Assembly (NCBI GenBank): GCA_963841965.1
Contig: CAWJES010000015.1
Coordinates: forward strand, 5,186-69,185
From: an uncultured Acidimicrobiaceae bacterium
GTDB taxonomy: Bacteria > Actinomycetota > Acidimicrobiia > Acidimicrobiales > RAAP-2
Direction: 5' to 3'
DNA length: 64,000 nt
In this document: one piece after another, positions 44,063-53,372 of the stretch
Layout of the letters: the number at the start of each line of letters is the position of its first letter
Position numbering within the stretch: the first letter of the stretch is position 1
Notes under the pieces: generated by a model
What the model was told of the DNA's origin: nothing
Database searches by the model: none
What the model saw: only the letters and a program-made list of their open reading frames with translations
Translations under genes and position numbers: made by a program

Positions 44063-45639
44063 CCGCCTCGGTGGGCGCCGGCAAGACGAAGCGCCAGCAG
44101 CGAGCGCAGCTCGGTCCGTACGGGCGGATCGGCAAGGCAGTCGAGGAGCTCGACGAGCGGCTCGGTGTGGCCAAGGGCGGCAGGACATTCCTCGACAAGA
44201 TCTTCCCGGACCACTGGTCGTTCATGCTGGGCGAGATCGCCCTCTACTCGTTCGTGGTGCTGCTCGCCACGGGCGTGTTTCTGACGCTCTACTACGTGCC
44301 CTCGTCCGCGATGACGATCTACAGGGGCTCGTACGCCCCGCTGCGCGGCCAGCTGGTGTCCGAGGCGTACAACTCGACGGTGAACCTCTCGTTCGCCGTG
44401 CGCGGTGGCCTGCTGATGCGCCAGATGCACCACTGGGCCTGCGACATCTTCGTCGGGGCGATCGTGATCCACATGGCGCGCGTGTTCTTCACCGGCGCGT
44501 TCCGCAAGCCCCGCGAGCTGAACTGGACGATCGGCGTGACGATGCTGATCCTGGCGATCGCCAACGGCTTCATCGGCTACTCCCTCCCCGACGACCTCAT
44601 CTCGGGCACAGGCATCCGCATCGCCTACTCGATCACCCTCTCGGTGCCGATCGTCGGCTCGTACCTGGCGTTCTTCCTGTTCGGCGGCAATTTCCCGGGC
44701 ACGACGATCATCCCGCGCTTCTACACGATCCACGTCCTCATCATCCCGGCGATCTTCGTCGGGCTCGTGAGTGCGCACCTCTTCCTCCTGGTGCGCCAGA
44801 AGCACACGCAGTTCAAGGGCGAGGGGCGCACCGAGCACAACGTCGTGGGCTCGCCCATGTTCCCGATCTTCATGGCGAAGACGACGGGCTTCCTCTTCAT
44901 CGTGACGGGTATCACCGCCGCCCTTGGCGCGTTCTTCCAGATCAACCCGATCTGGCAGTTCGGGCAGTACCACGCGTCGCAGATCTCCTATGCGGTCCAG
45001 CCCGACTGGTACATGGGCTGGCTCGACGGAGCCTTGCGGATCATGCCCTCATGGGAGCTCACGGGATTCGGCCACACGATCCCGCTCGAGGTCCTGCTGC
45101 CCGCTGCGGTGTTCCCGGGGATCATCTTCGGGATCTGCATGCTGTGGCCCGCCATCGAGCGCCGCTACACCGGCGACAACCTGATGCACAACCTGCTCGA
45201 CCGGCCACGGGACAGGCCGAAGCGCACTGCGGCGGGCGCGGCGATGCTGGGGCTCCTCGGCACGCTCTTCCTCGCGAGCTCCACCGACGTGGTGGCGAAC
45301 TTCTTCCACATCTCGCTCAACACGGTCCTGTGGGCCATGCGGATCCTCACCGTGATCGTCCCGATCATCGCGTACTTCGTCACCTGGGAGATCTGCCGGG
45401 AGCTCCAGGGGATTGAAGGGGGCGGCAAGCGCAAGCGGGTCAACGTCGTCACGCTCACTCCCGAAGGTGAGTATCTGGCCGTGCCTGCACCGGAGTCCCC
45501 CAACGACGCGGTCACCGAACTCGAGCCCGAGCCGGTGCCGCTGCTGCTCGAGAGCGGATCTCCGGACGGCGGAAACGCCCTCGAGTCCGGCGAGGACGTC
45601 GAGCCGGCCGCCACCGGCGTCCGGACCGTCACGCGCTGA
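44059..45639 (+). CDS. qcrB: cytochrome bc1 complex cytochrome b subunit
   Basis: FPDHWSFMLGEIALYSF, R..HHW and heme-ligand histidines. The ATG at 44059 overlaps the qcrA stop. The track ORF from 43795 is an out-of-frame extension. Confidence 0.9.
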   Translation: MTASVGAGKTKRQQRAQLGPYGRIGKAVEELDERLGVAKGGRTFLDKIFPDHWSFMLGEIALYSFVVLLATGVFLTLYYVPSSAMTIYRGSYAPLRGQLVSEAYNSTVNLSFAVRGGLLMRQMHHWACDIFVGAIVIHMARVFFTGAFRKPRELNWTIGVTMLILAIANGFIGYSLPDDLISGTGIRIAYSITLSVPIVGSYLAFFLFGGNFPGTTIIPRFYTIHVLIIPAIFVGLVSAHLFLLVRQKHTQFKGEGRTEHNVVGSPMFPIFMAKTTGFLFIVTGITAALGAFFQINPIWQFGQYHASQISYAVQPDWYMGWLDGALRIMPSWELTGFGHTIPLEVLLPAAVFPGIIFGICMLWPAIERRYTGDNLMHNLLDRPRDRPKRTAAGAAMLGLLGTLFLASSTDVVANFFHISLNTVLWAMRILTVIVPIIAYFVTWEICRELQGIEGGGKRKRVNVVTLTPEGEYLAVPAPESPNDAVTELEPEPVPLLLESGSPDGGNALESGEDVEPAATGVRTVTR

Positions 45640-45674
45640 CTGGTTGGCGCGGCCCGGATCAGCGATGGGCGTTC

Positions 45675-45680
45675 GTAGAA
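45675..45680 (+). promoter_or_regulatory. -10 hexamer TAGAAT in the qcrB-MFS gap
   Basis: A consensus hexamer about 57 nt upstream of GTG 45737. No clear -35 or SD sequence. Confidence 0.25.
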
Positions 45681-45736
45681 TCTGAGGTCATCAGACCATC
45701 ACCCCTCTCCATGCTCCCTCGCTGCCTGGCCAGCCG

Positions 45737-47314
45737 GTGAACCTGGACTCCGAGCAACAGGTGTCCGCAGCGGACGGGAGGGACGGCCCCGGTCTCCGCC
45801 TGCTGGTCCCAGCGCTGATCTCGGTCGGGGCCATGGTGTCGGTGATCTCGAGCCTGGGTGCGCCGCTCATCCCCTCGATCGCGACCGCTAACCATGTCTC
45901 GCTCAGCACGGCCCAGTGGGTCCTCACGAGCGCGCTGCTCACCGGGGCACTGGCGACCCCGGTCATGGGGAGGCTCGCCGACGGGCCGCACCAGCGCCAC
46001 GTGATCCTCGTCACGCTCACCGTCGTGTTGGTGGGATCAGTGCTCGCCGCGATGTCCCCGACCTTCCTCGTGCTGATCATCGGCCGCGGGCTGCAGGGCG
46101 TGGGTCTCGGGCTCATACCGGTGACCATGGCGATCGCCCGCAGCCACCTCGCTCCCGAGCGGGCGGCGCGTGTCATCGCACTCCTCGCGGTGACCGTTGC
46201 GACGGGGGCAGGGCTGGGTTTTCCGATCACGAGCCTTCTCGCGCAGGTCTACGACTACCGCGCCTCCTTCTGGTTCGGTGCGCTGATGGTCGCGGGCTCG
46301 ATCGCCGTCGTGTGGATCGTCGTGCCGCGAACCACGGACGCGGAATCGCGCCCCTTCGACCTCATCGGCGCCCTCAGCCTCTCGGTGGCCGTCGTCGGCC
46401 TGCTCGTCGTGCTCAGCGAGGGCGGTGACTGGGGCTGGACATCGGCAACGACGCTCGGCATCCTCGGCGTCTCCGCGATCGTGCTGGCAGGCTGGGTGCT
46501 CCACGAACTTCGAGTCATCGATCCGCTGATCGACGTTCGCCAGGTGCGGATGCGCCCGGTCCTCATGGCCGACGTCTCCGGCTTCCTCATCGGGACGGCG
46601 ATGTACCTGTTCCTCCCCGTCATGGTCGAGTTCGTCCAGGTGCCAACATCGACGGGCTACGGCTTCGGGGCATCGATTCTGGTGGCGGGCTTCATGATGG
46701 TCCCTTTCTCGGTCGGGACCTTCACGGCGAGCCGCTTCATCGACGCCTACACCCGCCACTTCGGCATGCGATCGATGATTCCCTTCGGCACGTCGCTGTG
46801 CGCGGCGTCGATCCTCTGGTTCGCCCTGTTGCACACATCGCTGTGGCAGGCCTACGTCGCCATGGGGTTGGTCGGCGTCGGCCTCGGCTTCTCATGGGCG
46901 GCGATGCCCGGTTTCATCATCCGGTCGGTGCCACAGAGCGAGACGGGCAGCGCCACGGGCCTGTACCAGGTGATCAGGAGCGTCGGTCTCTCGGTCGGCA
47001 GCGCGTGCAGCGCCGCGATCCTCGCCCTGTACACGGTCCACGGGAACTCCCTCCCCGCCGTCGAAGGGTTCAAGGTGGCGCTGCTGGCTGCCTCGGGGCT
47101 CTGCCTCATGACGGCCCTGGTCAGTTACGCGCTCTCGGGAGGGAAACCGACGGCGGCCGGGAGGCGCCCGAGGCACGACGAGGAGGAGATCGAAGAGATC
47201 ATGGTGGAGAACGCCGAGCTCGGATCGTCGGGCATCTCGCTGGCCGAGGAGCCGCTCCTCGGCCAGCAGGCGCATGCGGATCACGACCTGCCTCGCGGGG
47301 GCGGCCGACCGTGA
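45737..47314 (+). CDS. MFS transporter, DHA2 (14-TMS EmrB/QacA-like) family
   Basis: G.L.D....R.V......V...GS, GRGLQGVG and about 14 hydrophobic segments. Confidence 0.8.
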   Translation: MNLDSEQQVSAADGRDGPGLRLLVPALISVGAMVSVISSLGAPLIPSIATANHVSLSTAQWVLTSALLTGALATPVMGRLADGPHQRHVILVTLTVVLVGSVLAAMSPTFLVLIIGRGLQGVGLGLIPVTMAIARSHLAPERAARVIALLAVTVATGAGLGFPITSLLAQVYDYRASFWFGALMVAGSIAVVWIVVPRTTDAESRPFDLIGALSLSVAVVGLLVVLSEGGDWGWTSATTLGILGVSAIVLAGWVLHELRVIDPLIDVRQVRMRPVLMADVSGFLIGTAMYLFLPVMVEFVQVPTSTGYGFGASILVAGFMMVPFSVGTFTASRFIDAYTRHFGMRSMIPFGTSLCAASILWFALLHTSLWQAYVAMGLVGVGLGFSWAAMPGFIIRSVPQSETGSATGLYQVIRSVGLSVGSACSAAILALYTVHGNSLPAVEGFKVALLAASGLCLMTALVSYALSGGKPTAAGRRPRHDEEEIEEIMVENAELGSSGISLAEEPLLGQQAHADHDLPRGGGRP

Positions 47315-48183
47315 CGACCCGCGACGCCGGCAGGTTGACGACCTACGTCCTGACCCTGCAGTGCCAGGACGCGCCGGGCATCGTCCGATCCGCCGCCGAG
47401 GGGATCTTCGAGGTGGACGGCAACATCGTCGAGAACGACCAGTTCACGGATCCCACCACCGGGCAGTTCTGCATGCGTTCGAGGTTCGAGGCCGCGAGCG
47501 ACGACCTCGGTGGCGTCCGAGCGACGCTCCTCGCGCGGCTTGCGCACCTGGATCCAAGGCTCCGCCTGCGGCGCGAGTCAGAACACCGACGTGCGTTGGT
47601 GATGGTGTCCAAGGAGGACCACTGCCTGGCGGACCTGCTTGCGCGCAGGGACCACGGCGAGCTACCGCTGGACATCCCCGCGGTCGTCTCGAATCACACC
47701 GACTGCGAAGCCACCGCGGTGCGATCCGGGGTGCCGTTCGCGTACCTTCCGGTGACCGCGACGTCCAAGCCCGACGCCGAGGCGGCACTCGTCTCACTGA
47801 TCGAGGAGCACCGGATCGATTTCGTGGTGCTCGCGCGGTACATGCAGGTCCTCTCACCCGAGCTGTGTCGACGCCTCGAAGGTCGGGTGATCAACATCCA
47901 CCACTCCTTCCTTCCGGGGTTCAAGGGCGCCCGCCCCTACCACCAGGCCTACGACCGGGGGGTGAAGCTGATCGGTGCCACGGCGCACTACGTGACGGCC
48001 GACCTCGACGAGGGGCCGATCATCGACCAGGACGTCGCCCGGGTCACCCATGCGAGGCAGCCGGCCGACCTCATCGCCATCGGCCGTGACCTCGAGCGCA
48101 CGGTCCTCGCGCGGGCGGTGCGCCTCGAGGCCGAGGATCGCATCGCACTCGTGGGGCGACGGACGGTCGTGTTCTCCCAGTAG
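47311..48183 (+). CDS. purU: formyltetrahydrofolate deformylase
   Basis: N-terminal ACT domain (L.C.D.PGIV), LARYMQVLS, INIHHSFLP.F.GA.PY.QA and GATAHYVT..LD.GPII.Q. The GTG overlaps the MFS stop. Confidence 0.9.
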   Translation: MTTRDAGRLTTYVLTLQCQDAPGIVRSAAEGIFEVDGNIVENDQFTDPTTGQFCMRSRFEAASDDLGGVRATLLARLAHLDPRLRLRRESEHRRALVMVSKEDHCLADLLARRDHGELPLDIPAVVSNHTDCEATAVRSGVPFAYLPVTATSKPDAEAALVSLIEEHRIDFVVLARYMQVLSPELCRRLEGRVINIHHSFLPGFKGARPYHQAYDRGVKLIGATAHYVTADLDEGPIIDQDVARVTHARQPADLIAIGRDLERTVLARAVRLEAEDRIALVGRRTVVFSQ

Positions 48184-48315
48184 GCGCCCGCCGGATTCGT
48201 CGAACGACGCTGTGCATGGCACGCGAGCGCTCACAGAGGCGTGGTCGGCGCCTCCCGGCGCACTGGGCACGAGCGGATGGTGCGGTCGGGCGTGTGTCCC
48301 GCGGGCGGGTCCGGC

Positions 48316-48741
48316 TCAGTGGTGGACGACGTCGGTGTGACCGGCGGCATCGGTGTGGCCGCCACGACGAGACTCGTTGACCGCACCGAGCAGCGCCCAC
48401 ACGACGAGCCCCGCGGCGGGGACCGCGAACCATGTCCCGAAGACGAGGCTCAGACCGATGAAGAAGGTCCCGGCGCCGAGCGTGAACGGCCAGATGGAGC
48501 TTCCGGGGAAGGTCTCGACGATGCCGGCCCCGTCGGCGATCTCCGCGTCGTTCCTGTCGGAGGGGCGCTGCTTCATGTGGGAGCTCCACCACAGGTAGTA
48601 CAGGCCCGGGAGGAAACCGAGACCGGCCGCGGCGATGAGCATCATCCCGCCGGCGTCCTCACCGCTCCAGAGCCAGTAGACGATCGCCATCGCGCCGAAG
48701 AACACGCCGAGGCCGAGGAGGAGCTTCGCCTCGACCTTCAT
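48316..48741 (-). CDS. ctaF: cytochrome c oxidase subunit IV (actinobacterial CtaF)
   Basis: A 141-aa, 4-TM protein immediately after ctaD (ATGA overlap). Only the last 141 codons of track ORF 48316..50352 are in a plausible coding context. Confidence 0.75.
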   Translation of the reverse strand: MKVEAKLLLGLGVFFGAMAIVYWLWSGEDAGGMMLIAAAGLGFLPGLYYLWWSSHMKQRPSDRNDAEIADGAGIVETFPGSSIWPFTLGAGTFFIGLSLVFGTWFAVPAAGLVVWALLGAVNESRRGGHTDAAGHTDVVHH

Positions 48742-50465
48742 GGCGTCACCGCAGCGGGAGCGTGGTCCGGCACCTGGTGTCCGTGGGCGAGCGACCTCGC
48801 ATCCGGGTGGTTGTAGTCCCAGGTCGGGCGCTCGGATCGGATCGGGGGGAGGCTGTAGTAGTTGTGGTGCGGCGGCGGGGACGTGGTGAACCACTCGAGC
48901 GTCTGCGCGTCCCACGGGTTGTCGCCGGCGGGGTAGCGCTTCCACGAGTACGCGATGTTGACGACCAGCAGGAGCGTGCTGATGCCCATGAGCAGCGCCC
49001 CCGCCGTGGCGATCCGGTTGAGGTTCGCCCACTGCGGGTCGTTGGGGTAGATCGCCATGCGCCTCGGCATGCCCTCGAGGCCGAGCTGGTACATCGGGAA
49101 CGTCATCAGCTGGGCGCCGATGAAGAAGGTCCAGAACTGCCACTTGCCGATCTTCTCGTTCAGCAGGTACCCGGTGATCTTCGGTCCCCAGTAGTAGAGG
49201 CCGCCGACACCCGCCATCACGAGGGCCGTCACCACGGAGTGGAAGTGCGCGACCACGAAGTAGGTGTCGTGGGTGAAGAAGTCGAGCGGCGGGGATGCGA
49301 GGTAGATGCCCGTGATCCCGCCGATGAGGAAGGTGATGACGAAGCCGACGGCGAAGAGCATCGCCGTCGTCAGATGGACCTTCCCGCCCCACATCGTCCC
49401 GATCCAGTTGAAGATCTTGATGCCTGTCGGCACCGCGATGAGGAGGCTCATGATCGAGAAGAAGGGCAGCAGCACCACGCCCGTCGTGAACATGTGGTGG
49501 GCCCAGACACCGAGGGACAGGGCGGCGATCGTGATGGTGGCGAAGACCATCCCCTTGTAGCCGAACACGGGCTTCTTGGAGAAGCAGGCGATGATCTCGG
49601 TCACCATTCCGAAGAACGGCAGCGCGAGGATGTACACCTCGGGATGGCCCCAGAACCAGAAGATGTTCTGCCACAGCACCGGCACACCACCGCCCTGGAC
49701 CGTGAAGATGTGCGTGCCGAAATGCCGGTCGCAGTACAGCATGATGAGCCCGGCGGTCAGCACGGGGAACGCGAGCAGGATCAGGATGCCCACGACGAGC
49801 ATGTTCCACGTGAAGATCGGCATCCGGAACATCGTCATGCCGGGGGCCCGCAGGTAGAAGACGGTCGCACAGAGGTTGACCCCGGTGAAGATCGCCGAGA
49901 AGCCCGTGAGCAGCAGCGCGGCGATCCAGAGGTCGGCGCCGTAGCCGGGGCTGTAGATGGCGTTCGAGAGCGGCGCGTAACCCACCCAGCCGAAGTCGGC
50001 GGCCCCGCCGGCGACGGCGAAGCCGAGGAGCATCGTGATCGAGCCCGACAGGTACAGCCAGTAGCTGAGGGCGTTCAGCCGCGGGAACGCCATGTCCGGG
50101 GCGCCGATCTGCAGCGGGACGATGATGTTGGCGAGGCCGCCGAAGGCGAACGGACCCGCGAACAGGTAGATCATCACGCTGCCGTGCATCGTGAAGAGCT
50201 GGTTGTACTCGGAGAGCGAGACGTAGGTCCCGTTTGGCGACGCGAGCTGGATGCGGATCAGCTCGGCCAGGAATCCGCCGATCACGAGCATGATCACCGA
50301 CGTCACCGTGTAGCTGAGGCCGATGATCTTGTGGTCCGTCGTGGTCAGCCACTTGAGGATGCCCGTCGGGCCCCCGTGGTCGTGCCCGCCGTGGTCATCG
50401 TCGAAGTGGTCGATGTGCATCCCGCCGTCGCCAGCGGCGACCGGTCGCTCGATCAGCTCGGTCAT
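48738..50465 (-). CDS. ctaD: cytochrome c oxidase subunit I
   Basis: WFWGHPEVYI, HHMF, the GGITG region and VAHFH. Confidence 0.95.
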   Translation of the reverse strand: MTELIERPVAAGDGGMHIDHFDDDHGGHDHGGPTGILKWLTTTDHKIIGLSYTVTSVIMLVIGGFLAELIRIQLASPNGTYVSLSEYNQLFTMHGSVMIYLFAGPFAFGGLANIIVPLQIGAPDMAFPRLNALSYWLYLSGSITMLLGFAVAGGAADFGWVGYAPLSNAIYSPGYGADLWIAALLLTGFSAIFTGVNLCATVFYLRAPGMTMFRMPIFTWNMLVVGILILLAFPVLTAGLIMLYCDRHFGTHIFTVQGGGVPVLWQNIFWFWGHPEVYILALPFFGMVTEIIACFSKKPVFGYKGMVFATITIAALSLGVWAHHMFTTGVVLLPFFSIMSLLIAVPTGIKIFNWIGTMWGGKVHLTTAMLFAVGFVITFLIGGITGIYLASPPLDFFTHDTYFVVAHFHSVVTALVMAGVGGLYYWGPKITGYLLNEKIGKWQFWTFFIGAQLMTFPMYQLGLEGMPRRMAIYPNDPQWANLNRIATAGALLMGISTLLLVVNIAYSWKRYPAGDNPWDAQTLEWFTTSPPPHHNYYSLPPIRSERPTWDYNHPDARSLAHGHQVPDHAPAAVTP

Positions 50466-51335
50466 CTAGTTGTTTCCCCCTCCGATGGCGGGCTTGATCG
50501 GGATGCCGGCGCCGGTCTGCTTCCCCGTCTGCAGCTTCGCTGCCGAACCGGTCGCCTTCGTCGCAGCAGCCTGCTCCTGGGAGAGCCAGACCTGGTAGCT
50601 CGCCGGTGTGACCACCTTGACCCGGAAGAACATCAGCGAGTGATAGAGCCCGCAGAGCTGCGTGCACTGCCCGAAGAAGGTTCCCGTCTTCTGCGGACTG
50701 AGCGTGAATTCGTTGATGACGCCGGGCAGCGCGTATCGCGAGAAGTTGAACTGCCGGACGTAGAAGCCGTGGACGACGTCCGACGACGTCAGCCAGATCC
50801 TGACGTTCTCATTCTCGGGTATGACCATCTCGGGGCTCTGGGTGGTCTGACCGACGATCGAGAAGTGGTGCCCGGGGTAGGTGAAGCGCCAGCCCCACTG
50901 GAACGCGTTGACATCGACGACGGCGCTCGGGGTTGGGTTCGCCGTCACCTTGTCCTCGACGACGACCGTTGCAGCGAAGAGGCCGATGACGATGAGGATC
51001 GGGATGATCGTGTAGGTGATCTCGAGGGGTAGGTGGTACTGGGTCTGGCGGGGCACCTCCGTGTCGCCCTTGCGCGCCCGGTAGCGCAGGGCCGCCCAGA
51101 TGATGAGCGCCAGGGTCGGGATGCCGATGATGAGCGCGACGATGGAGAACCCCTGCCAGAGGTGGAACGAGGAGCGCCCCTGGGAGGTCACCGACTTGAA
51201 GGCGCCGAAGTTCGACGCGTCGCACCCGGACAGCAGGATGGGGGCCGCGACGAGTGCGATGAGCCCCAACAGGCGTCGGCGTCGGTTTCCCGAGGTCATG
51301 CCCACGCCCGAGGGGGTGTCGGACGGCGAGTGCAC
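50466..51335 (-). CDS. ctaC: cytochrome c oxidase subunit II (lipoprotein)
   Basis: Lipobox LLSGC and CuA motif DVVHGF...CTQLCGLYHSLM. GTG 51335 is supported by a TACAGT box 6 nt upstream. ATG 51299 is an alternative. Confidence 0.9.
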   Translation of the reverse strand: MHSPSDTPSGVGMTSGNRRRRLLGLIALVAAPILLSGCDASNFGAFKSVTSQGRSSFHLWQGFSIVALIIGIPTLALIIWAALRYRARKGDTEVPRQTQYHLPLEITYTIIPILIVIGLFAATVVVEDKVTANPTPSAVVDVNAFQWGWRFTYPGHHFSIVGQTTQSPEMVIPENENVRIWLTSSDVVHGFYVRQFNFSRYALPGVINEFTLSPQKTGTFFGQCTQLCGLYHSLMFFRVKVVTPASYQVWLSQEQAAATKATGSAAKLQTGKQTGAGIPIKPAIGGGNN

Positions 51336-51341
51336 GCAGTG

Positions 51342-51347
51342 ACTGTA
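51342..51347 (-). promoter_or_regulatory. -10 hexamer TACAGT (minus strand), exactly 6 nt upstream of the ctaC GTG (leaderless-type candidate)
   Basis: TAnnnT at -12..-7 relative to GTG 51335, in the 39-nt gap after the MBL gene. Confidence 0.45.
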
Positions 51348-51374
51348 GTCAACCGAGCCCTGCCCCTGAAACTT

Positions 51375-52640
51375 TTAGGCCTCCTCGCCGAGGGACTCTC
51401 GCGCCGCCCAGGTGAAGACGCCCCTGGCCATCGTGGACGTGGCCGTCCTGGCCCGGGCCGTGAAGACCAGCCGGCGGACCTCGCAGACCGCTGGATCCTC
51501 TGGAGCGGCCTGCCACGCCAGCTCGGCGAGGTGACCCGCGAGCCGCAGCGAGGCGTCGTCCCCCGCCTCGCAGAGCGCGAGCGCCCGGTCGCTCAGCACC
51601 GACGGCCCGCCCGCCATCGCTGCCAGCTCGGCCGCGAGCGCTCGCTCGGGAGCGGGCTTCAGGTGCGCCGGATTGGCGTCCCACCACCCGCCGTTCAGCC
51701 GCCAGACGCTTCGGACGATGAACTCCGGCTCGTCGTACGAAGGCTGCAGGTACGGGCGATCGAGGAGGTCGGCGGGGGGCCGCACCGTGTCAACGATGTC
51801 GGCCAACCTGGCCCCCTCGTTCATCAGTGCGATCGTCTGGTCGACGATGCTTTCCAGGTAGCGCGCGGTGTCCGTCAGCGCCGAAGCGACGCGCTCGGCG
51901 CCCATGACGGGCAGCCCGTGGCCGGGCAGGAGGATCTCCGCGCGCAGGGCCGCCATCCGCCGCAGCGCCGCGGCCCACTCTGCCGGATAGCGCTGCACCT
52001 TCTGGGGATTGCCGGCGTTCGGGCTCGTCCAGATGAAGAGGTCCCCAGGACACAGGACCTTCGAGGACGGGATCCAGGTGACCGTGTGGTCGTCGGTCTC
52101 GCCCTTCTCATGGCGGAGATGGAAGGCGTGGCCGCCCACCTCGAGGTCGAGCGACGAGGCGTAGGTCACGTCCGGGTACCGGTACTGCGTGGGCCAGACC
52201 AGCTGCTTGAGCCCGAACTGGCGCCGGTTGACAGTCTGGTTGAACCCGGCCGTCCGCACGTATCGGTCGAACCTCTTGGTGATGTTCTCATGCGCGATCA
52301 CTCGAGGTGGCGCCCATCCGCGCTCAGCGGCCTCGGCCTCGAAGGTCCCGACGCCGAAGACATGATCCACGTGCCCGTGGCTGAACACCGCAGTGTGGAG
52401 CCGGTCGGTCCGCCAGGTGCGCACTGTCTGGTGGACCTGCTCGGCGACGAGCGGCGAGCCTGAGTCGACCATCAGCAAGCCGTCGTCGGTCGCCACGGCG
52501 GTCACGTTGGCGAACGAGGGGAGGAACGCGACGCCCGGCGCAACCTCGACCAGGCCGCCAATGTGCCCCAGCGGGTGGATCTCGGCGGTCGACAGCTCGC
52601 CCCTCCAGAGGCGATCGGCGGTCCCCAGGATGTCGTCCAC
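51375..52640 (-). CDS. MBL-fold hydrolase with alkyl/aryl-sulfatase dimerisation domain (SdsA1/BDS1-like, lacking the SCP2 tail)
   Basis: HxHxDH motif (SHGHVDHVFG). The downstream PYLQPSYDEPEFIVRSVWR...GGWWD segment is typical of the alkyl-sulfatase dimerisation domain. 421 aa. Confidence 0.55.
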   Translation of the reverse strand: MDDILGTADRLWRGELSTAEIHPLGHIGGLVEVAPGVAFLPSFANVTAVATDDGLLMVDSGSPLVAEQVHQTVRTWRTDRLHTAVFSHGHVDHVFGVGTFEAEAAERGWAPPRVIAHENITKRFDRYVRTAGFNQTVNRRQFGLKQLVWPTQYRYPDVTYASSLDLEVGGHAFHLRHEKGETDDHTVTWIPSSKVLCPGDLFIWTSPNAGNPQKVQRYPAEWAAALRRMAALRAEILLPGHGLPVMGAERVASALTDTARYLESIVDQTIALMNEGARLADIVDTVRPPADLLDRPYLQPSYDEPEFIVRSVWRLNGGWWDANPAHLKPAPERALAAELAAMAGGPSVLSDRALALCEAGDDASLRLAGHLAELAWQAAPEDPAVCEVRRLVFTARARTATSTMARGVFTWAARESLGEEA

Positions 52641-52661
52641 GTGGGTCAGCGTGAGGATCGG

Positions 52662-52886
52662 TCAGCTGGCGGGCTTGTCCGTGGAGTCGGGGGTATCCGA
52701 CTTCGCATCGGTCCCGGAGGCGGATTCCTTCGTCTCCGATCCGCCTTCCTTCAATCCCTTCTCGAACTCCGACTTCGCTGATCCGAGGCCACGGGCGATC
52801 TTTGGGATCCTCGAGCCGCCGAAGACAACGACGGCGATGAGGATGACGATGAGGATGACTTCTGGGGTGATCTCACCTAGCAGCAT
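52662..52886 (-). CDS. tatA: twin-arginine translocase subunit TatA/E
   Basis: 74 aa with an N-terminal TM, FGG...P..ARGLG....EFKKG-type hinge/amphipathic helix and an acidic/Ser-Thr tail. SD GGGAG 5 nt upstream of the ATG. Confidence 0.8.
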   Translation of the reverse strand: MLLGEITPEVILIVILIAVVVFGGSRIPKIARGLGSAKSEFEKGLKEGGSETKESASGTDAKSDTPDSTDKPAS

Positions 52887-52927
52887 GGAAGCTCCCGAGC
52901 CCCCGGCACGAGATGCCGGCTGCCCCG

Positions 52928-52933
52928 AATCTA
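52928..52933 (-). promoter_or_regulatory. -10 hexamer TAGATT (minus strand) about 35 nt upstream of the tatA ATG
   Basis: TAnnnT in the 71-nt gap upstream of tatA. A leadered arrangement with an SD sequence. Confidence 0.3.
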
Positions 52934-52957
52934 GTCCCTTGGACCGCTCGCAGCCGC

Positions 52958-53368
52958 TCAGCCTGCCAGGAGGACGCCGAGGATTACCGCGACGATCGAG
53001 GCCGTGCCGGCGATCGAACCCCAGGCGGCCAGAGACGGCCGTGTCTTCGCGCGACCATGGACGAACGCTGCGACACCCGCGACGACGACCACGACGATCT
53101 TGACCGCAAGCACGACCTTCCACGCATGCGTGGAGTCAGAGCTGTGGACCGCGCTGACGTTCCAGAAGCCGGTTATGACGAGCACGGCGAACGCGGGCCA
53201 GCTGACGCGTGCGAACGCGCGCGCGACCTTCACCGAGGCCTCGCCGCCGAGCCGCCGGACGTCGGGGAGCAGGCCGAGCATCACGATCTGCCCGCCCACC
53301 CAGACGCACGCGGCGAGCACGTGGAGCGAGAGTCGAATGGTCGTCAGCGAGTCGGCGAGCTGATTCAC
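52958..53368 (-). CDS. 4-TM membrane protein, CopD/HemJ-like
   Basis: TM1 carries LH.LAA.VWVGGQ, and TM3 has a buried Lys (LAVKIVVV). This is reminiscent of CopD C-terminal/HemJ-type heme- or copper-related membrane proteins. GTG 53368 lies 4 nt after the echA stop. Confidence 0.4.
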   Translation of the reverse strand: MNQLADSLTTIRLSLHVLAACVWVGGQIVMLGLLPDVRRLGGEASVKVARAFARVSWPAFAVLVITGFWNVSAVHSSDSTHAWKVVLAVKIVVVVVAGVAAFVHGRAKTRPSLAAWGSIAGTASIVAVILGVLLAG

Positions 53369-53372
53369 GGCC

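Noticed and set aside
48184-48315. A possible bidirectional terminator in the 132-nt convergent purU/ctaF gap
   Set aside because: It contains only 4-5 bp stems (CGTCG-AA-CGACG, GCGCC-TCCC-GGCGC) and short perfect palindromes without loops or U-tracts. This is not convincing as an intrinsic terminator.
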